NCBI GenBank assembly: GCA_963977015.1
Contig: CAXBMO010000005.1
Coordinates: 256,001 to 320,000, forward strand
Direction: 5' to 3'
DNA length: 64,000 bases
From: an uncultured bacterium
GTDB lineage: Bacteria; Verrucomicrobiota; Verrucomicrobiia; Verrucomicrobiales; DEV007
Part shown: in pieces, positions 59,571 through 64,000 of the stretch
Position numbering within the stretch: the stretch's first letter is position 1
How the letters are laid out: every line of letters begins with the position of its first letter
The notes under the pieces: generated by a model
The model's database searches: none
What the model was told of the DNA's origin: nothing
What the model saw: the letters and a program-made list of their open reading frames with translations, nothing else
Made by a program: the position numbers and the translations under genes

Positions 59571-59784
59571 AGCGACTGAGAGGGCTTAATTTAAAGATTA
59601 ACCGACTTTCCAATCGTGCTGATCTGTTTTTCTTTGCCAAATCCTAGGAGGTTGGCTAGCGTGAGAGTCGCACAATATTACTGCCCCCGTCTTGAGCTAA
59701 GAAAATTCAACCCTTCACAGCTCTCGCCTAACCCGTGCGATAGCCTTTGAGAAGAGGCTACTCAACCAAAACCAACCAAGTAAA

Positions 59785-60561
59785 GTGGCCACAAAAACAA
59801 AAAAGAAGGCGGCAAAAACCCCGCCCTCAAGGAAAAGAAACGATCAGTCGGTCAAGAACATCAAGCGCATTGATTCGACCAAAACCCACGGCTGGCAGGT
59901 TCATGTCCGGCGTGGAGGAGTGCTGAAGACCAAGCTCTTCAGTGATCGTGTTCACGGAGGAAAACGCAAAGCCCTCGTCGCCGCCAAAGAGTATCGCGAC
60001 GAGTTGTTGGATGACATGGCTCATCTCGCGAAGCCTCTTTGGAAAATCGACCGCAAACCCAAAACCAATACCGGCGAGCTTGGCGCTTCGAAAACCGAAT
60101 ACACCAACCGCTCCGGCAAGAAGCGCACCGTCATTACAGTTACGGTTCGTGAAGCACTGGGTAAGCCTGTGAATCGCAAGTTCTCAGTAGACAAACTTGG
60201 CTACAAAGAAGCCCTGAAACAGGCGGTTGCATGGCGCAACGAAGTTCTCGCCGCACGCGAAGCTGCTGAAGAAGGCGGATCACCAATCCCTCCAAAACCC
60301 AAAGCTGCACCAAAGCCCAAGGCAAAAGCAGCTGCCAAACCCAAGGCAAAAACCGCAGCGAAGCCGAAAGCCAAGACGGCACCAAAGCCAAAAGCCAAAA
60401 CAGCTGCGAAGCCCAAAACAAAGGCTGCCGCAAAACCCAAAGCCAAGGCAGCTTCCAAGCCTAAGCCAAAACCGAAAGCAAAGGTTGCCGCAAAGTCCAA
60501 AGCGAAACCCAAAACCAAACCGAAGGCGAAAGCCAAGGTAAAGAAAGCGAAGAAGAAGTAG
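59785..60561 (+). CDS. Tandem AP2-like DNA-binding protein with histone H1-like Lys/Ala/Pro tail
   Basis: HGWQVHV..KTKLFSD...ALVAAKEYRD and TGELG...NRKFSVDKLGYKEALKQAVAWR, followed by (AAKPKAKT)n. Confidence 0.72.
   Translation: MATKTKKKAAKTPPSRKRNDQSVKNIKRIDSTKTHGWQVHVRRGGVLKTKLFSDRVHGGKRKALVAAKEYRDELLDDMAHLAKPLWKIDRKPKTNTGELGASKTEYTNRSGKKRTVITVTVREALGKPVNRKFSVDKLGYKEALKQAVAWRNEVLAAREAAEEGGSPIPPKPKAAPKPKAKAAAKPKAKTAAKPKAKTAPKPKAKTAAKPKTKAAAKPKAKAASKPKPKPKAKVAAKSKAKPKTKPKAKAKVKKAKKK
60292..60558 (+). repeat. Degenerate in-frame 24-bp tandem repeat encoding KPKAK(T/A)AA units
   Basis: Visible periodicity, e.g. gcagcgaagccgaaagccaagacg / gcaccaaagccaaaagccaaaaca. Confidence 0.8.
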
Positions 60562-60610
60562 TCGCAGAGACTCACCCCAGAGTCTTCCCCCTGAGGTGAG
60601 ACTTTTCAGG

Positions 60611-60656
60611 CCTGGCGTCTTCAATCCGGCTTAGTCCGGATGCGCCAGGTTTTTTG
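60611..60656 (+). terminator. Intrinsic terminator
   Basis: CCTGGCG...ATCCGG-CTTAGT-CCGGAT-G-CGCCAGG followed by a T-tract. Confidence 0.65.
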
Positions 60657-60675
60657 ATGTCCAGGATTGGAGCCT

Positions 60676-61713
60676 CTAGAGCTTGATTGCCGTCATGTAG
60701 CCGCGATCCGCTGCGGTCATTTCAGACCGAACCTGACCGAACCCCACTTTCTCAAGAATACTTTGGTATTCTGAAATCGCATAGCACTTCCCTTGGGTCA
60801 CATTCATGAGCAACGCGGAATATTCGGCCACCTCAATCGGCCCGGATTTATCTTCATTCAGCAATGCTTCATGAATGACGATCAGTCCTCCGGCGGGAAG
60901 GAATTCCGCCGAACGCTGTAGTAAGGCCTCCACCTCCGGCTCCTCCCAGTCGTGGAGAACATTGGAGAACAAGTGGACGTCCGCAGCGGGCCACGGACCG
61001 GTAAACATGTCGCCCTCGGCAACGGAGACTTGATCCCCGCATTTCCTTTCTGCGATCGCTTCCCGAGCAATCGCGTCAACCGGCGCCTTTTCCAGAACCG
61101 TCGCCTTGAGCCCCGGATTCAATTTTGCCAACACGCAGGCATAGATTCCGGATCCACCTCCGATGTCGAGGACGTGAGTTCTTCCTTCCACATCCAATCG
61201 CTTCGCAAAATGCTGCCCCAGATACAGCCCCCGGCAATCCATCGCAGCGGTGAACATCTTGGCGAAGTCTTCGCGCTCCATCGCGGCATGCCAATCCTCT
61301 TTTTCGCGTTCGCTACTCCCCCAACTGGTCGGCTTTCCGCTTTTCAGCACCTTGATCATGTCCTTGAGAACCGGCCGGTCGCTCAATGAACCGTAATAGG
61401 GCCCCATAAACCATGGCGAGCCTTTGACCAGAAACTCCCGAGCCTGATCCGTGTTCTGGACCTGTTCCCCTACCCGCTTGAGATATCCATTGGCAACAAA
61501 CAAGGTAACCATCACGTCAACCGGTCGAGACGCGAACCCGAAATGCCGGCAGATGTCGGCTTCCGAAACTGACTCCTGCGAATCCAACCACGTGAAAAAA
61601 TCAAATTCAACGATGGCCGCCCCCAGGAGATCGACCGCATAGAGCCGGTCTCGATAACGGAAAACGGAACTGGGGTCGGAGACGGGAAACTGATTGGGAT
61701 TGAAGTCCGGCAT
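60676..61713 (-). CDS. SAM-dependent O-methyltransferase (Methyltransf_2, with dimerisation domain)
   Basis: LDIGGGSG, GDMF, SNVLHDW. Confidence 0.9.
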   Translation of the reverse strand: MPDFNPNQFPVSDPSSVFRYRDRLYAVDLLGAAIVEFDFFTWLDSQESVSEADICRHFGFASRPVDVMVTLFVANGYLKRVGEQVQNTDQAREFLVKGSPWFMGPYYGSLSDRPVLKDMIKVLKSGKPTSWGSSEREKEDWHAAMEREDFAKMFTAAMDCRGLYLGQHFAKRLDVEGRTHVLDIGGGSGIYACVLAKLNPGLKATVLEKAPVDAIAREAIAERKCGDQVSVAEGDMFTGPWPAADVHLFSNVLHDWEEPEVEALLQRSAEFLPAGGLIVIHEALLNEDKSGPIEVAEYSALLMNVTQGKCYAISEYQSILEKVGFGQVRSEMTAADRGYMTAIKL

Positions 61714-61730
61714 GGCGGAACTTCAACCGC

Positions 61731-62183
61731 TCAAGCCACTTCGCAATCCGGACATACGCCAAAAAATTCGAGCTCGTGATAGAGCTTGCGAAACCCTGAT
61801 TTCTCCGAGATTTCGCGTTCCAACGCTTCCACGGGACAGGAAATTTCCAGCGCATCAATGCTGCCGCACTCTGTGCAGATCAGGTAATCATCGTGGCGAT
61901 CAGGATAGCGCATCGTAAAATAGGCCGAGCGCTCGTGAAGTCCGAGCCTCCGAATAATGCCGTGCTCTTCCAAGCGAATCAACAGGCGATAAACCGTTGC
62001 CTTGTCGCACTGGTCCTCCATGGCGGCACCAAGGTCGTTCAGCGTCATCGGGCGTGACTTTGCGACCAGAGACTCGAGCAGCATTTCCATCGCCTTGGTT
62101 CTCCGCAAACCACGATCACGACACTGCTGTACAGCCCATGCCACAATTTCCTCCGGACTCTGATCTGTTTTCGAACAACTCAT
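61731..62183 (-). CDS. Fur-family transcriptional regulator
   Basis: GLRRT, ATVYRLL, CTECG, HELEFFGVCPDC. ATGA overlap with the upstream gene. Confidence 0.92.
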   Translation of the reverse strand: MSCSKTDQSPEEIVAWAVQQCRDRGLRRTKAMEMLLESLVAKSRPMTLNDLGAAMEDQCDKATVYRLLIRLEEHGIIRRLGLHERSAYFTMRYPDRHDDYLICTECGSIDALEISCPVEALEREISEKSGFRKLYHELEFFGVCPDCEVA

Positions 62184-63097
62184 CTGTTTACTTGAACCGG
62201 AAGATAGCCCTTCTCTTCCAACATTTCGATCACACTCTGATCGCCCACCAAATGTCCGGCTCCGACAATAAACATCGCGTTCCCTGGTGTCTTCAATTCG
62301 TCTTCGATCGGCTGGATCCAACTCGCATTGCGATCGTGAAGCAAAATCTTGGTTAACGTGGCATTCTCCTCATCATCAAAATACTTGTTGAGAAGTTGAT
62401 CCAAACCTTCCGCATCTCCGCTTTTCCAAGTGTTGATCATATCGCCCAACATCTTTGGCGTTTCCTCGACCTGTTGAAGCGTCATCTTCAACAAGTTGTC
62501 CTGTTCCTCCTTTGAGAGCCGGTTAAAGAGGCCGATTTGGAACTCGGTCGTCTCCAATCCTTTGACGGGCTTTCCATCTTTTCGCGCCTTCGCATCAAAG
62601 ACTTTCTCGACGCCCAGATCCGGGATGGCTCCAATTTTCATCGCTTCCAGAGAAGTGATCGTCATGGCCAACATTCCGGGCGTAAGCCGCTCAAACATGG
62701 CCGCCATGGCTCCCATTTCCTCGCCGGCCTCATCAAGATAGGCCTGGAGTTCCGCATAGGTTTCTTCCGAAATGAGATCCTTAATCATCCCGCCATCGGG
62801 AATCATGCTCATGGTCATGACCTTCATTTTCGTGGCCATTGAATCCATTTCGGCCATATCGACTTCAAAGTAGACGCGATCAGAATCCTTGTAGACCCGG
62901 TCATACGCCTTCGGAAGCGGGTGATCCTGCTCCCTCAACAGGTGAACCGACCCCGCTAGATAAACCGTCGACTCATCTCTCTTCAGCTTCCAGATCGTCG
63001 CTTTCTCTTCGGCCTGAGAAGAAGCCACCATTCCCAAAAAGGAAGTGACAAACGCGAAGGAGAGAAGCAGGAATTTGGGACGAGGAGACGACATCAT
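62180..63097 (-). CDS. TraB/GumN family protein
   Basis: VYLAGSVHL, GVE, GLETTEFQ, RNASW, VGAGHLVG. Confidence 0.92.
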   Translation of the reverse strand: MMSSPRPKFLLLSFAFVTSFLGMVASSQAEEKATIWKLKRDESTVYLAGSVHLLREQDHPLPKAYDRVYKDSDRVYFEVDMAEMDSMATKMKVMTMSMIPDGGMIKDLISEETYAELQAYLDEAGEEMGAMAAMFERLTPGMLAMTITSLEAMKIGAIPDLGVEKVFDAKARKDGKPVKGLETTEFQIGLFNRLSKEEQDNLLKMTLQQVEETPKMLGDMINTWKSGDAEGLDQLLNKYFDDEENATLTKILLHDRNASWIQPIEDELKTPGNAMFIVGAGHLVGDQSVIEMLEEKGYLPVQVNR

Positions 63098-63190
63098 GAA
63101 CGGGAGGGGTTTGGGAACTTAGACTTCGCCTTGGTCCGGATCGTGGTCAAAGAAATTTGCTTCCGTCGCAGAATCCCGTTTGCTGCCGAG

Positions 63191-63805
63191 ATGAAAGCCC
63201 CATTTTTTTTCGCCTCTTTAATGTTTCCAGCGCTGATCGCGGCTGAAGAAGCGAAGTGGATCCCGTTGTTTGACGGGGAATCAACGACAGGCTGGACTCC
63301 ACGCGCTGAGGTCGTCCGTTTTGAGGCGAAAGATGGTGAACTTCAGGTTTACTCAAAAAAGAACGTCTGGGTGGTTACCAAACAGGAATTTGGCAACTTT
63401 ATTCTGGAGGCGGAGGTGCGCGTGCCGGACGACGCAGCAGGATCTGGATTCAATTCAGGATTGGCGTTTCGTTGCACCGGCGACGGGAAACCCAAGGGAT
63501 ACCAGTTGGAGATCGATCATCGGAAGCCCGGAGGTGTTTACGGAATTGGCCTGGGCGGCTGGCTTTATCCCACGGCCGAAACCACCGCTGAATACGCCAA
63601 ACGCTCAGCAGGAGCTTTCAAGCCCAGGGAGTGGAACCTTCTCCGCGTCGTTTGCTCGGGCCCACGAATCCAGACCTTCGTCAATGACGTGCTGATTACT
63701 GACATCGAAGATTCCCAGTCCCTGAAGGGATTTTTCGGAATTCAGCACCACGGCAAAGGCGATGTGGTGAGATTTCGCAATTTGCGGGTTCGAAAAACCG
63801 ATTGA
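63191..63805 (+). CDS. DUF1080 family protein
   Basis: LFDG..TTGW, NSGLAFR, GYQLEI, EWN, GFFGIQHH, FRNLRV. Confidence 0.9.
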   Translation: MKAPFFFASLMFPALIAAEEAKWIPLFDGESTTGWTPRAEVVRFEAKDGELQVYSKKNVWVVTKQEFGNFILEAEVRVPDDAAGSGFNSGLAFRCTGDGKPKGYQLEIDHRKPGGVYGIGLGGWLYPTAETTAEYAKRSAGAFKPREWNLLRVVCSGPRIQTFVNDVLITDIEDSQSLKGFFGIQHHGKGDVVRFRNLRVRKTD

Positions 63806-63859
63806 ATCTCGCCAACAGATGGTGGATTCCACCACCAAACGCCTGCTTTGTAGTTACCG

Positions 63860-64000
63860 ATGCACAAACCCAAGATCGCCATCACCATGGGAGACCCGGC
63901 TGGAGTCGGGCCAGAAATCTGCCTTCTCGCTTTAACCAATCCAGACATTTACTCTGTCTGCACGCCAATCGTGTTTGGTGATGCTCGAATTCTGGAACGT
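63860..64000 (+). CDS. pdxA: 4-hydroxythreonine-4-phosphate dehydrogenase (partial, runs off the right edge)
   Basis: MHKPKIAITMGDPAGVGPEIC. Confidence 0.88.
   Translation, partial: MHKPKIAITMGDPAGVGPEICLLALTNPDIYSVCTPIVFGDARILER

Noticed and set aside
60676-61713. Methyltransferase as the EgtD/OvsM of the selenometabolite pathway
   Set aside because: 58 kb away, O-methyltransferase family, and in a different operon.
1-64000. CRISPR arrays, IS elements, prophage, or integration at selC
   Set aside because: No spaced direct repeats, transposase or integrase motifs, or duplicated tRNA 3' end seen by eye.

Overview
About 50 genes from a bacterial chromosome, probably PVC superphylum (Verrucomicrobiales-like). 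That assignment is an inference from DUF1501/DUF1549-1553 pairs, DUF5069, DUF1080, a sulfatase and a Zn-ribbon Ser/Thr kinase. The left 8 kb is a selenium locus that the ORF track largely misses. It has selD/senC on the minus strand with an in-frame UGA (Sec24, SCAGUASK), a divergent senB-senA(ovsA-like) selenometabolite operon, a tRNA-Sec gene with an atypical acceptor/T stem, and a Cys-type deiodinase-like gene. The main observation is that senB also has an in-frame UGA, at codon 4 (782-784). It is followed by a hairpin whose loop closely matches the one after the selD UGA. This suggests SenB is a selenoprotein, or that the operon is gated by selenium through UGA read-through. The rest is mostly housekeeping and PVC accessory genes: purL, nadE, araD, glnD, phoD, oppDF, deaD, uppP, rluD, a Fur-family regulator, pdxA, and a TBDR-YfiR-hybrid kinase module. 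Oddities include a catalytically dead C13-like lipoprotein, an orphan GcvH-like/G3E GTPase pair, tandem M23 paralogs, and a tandem-AP2 protein with a histone H1-like tail. I saw no CRISPR array, rRNA or clear mobile element. All calls come from motif recognition by eye, with no database searches.
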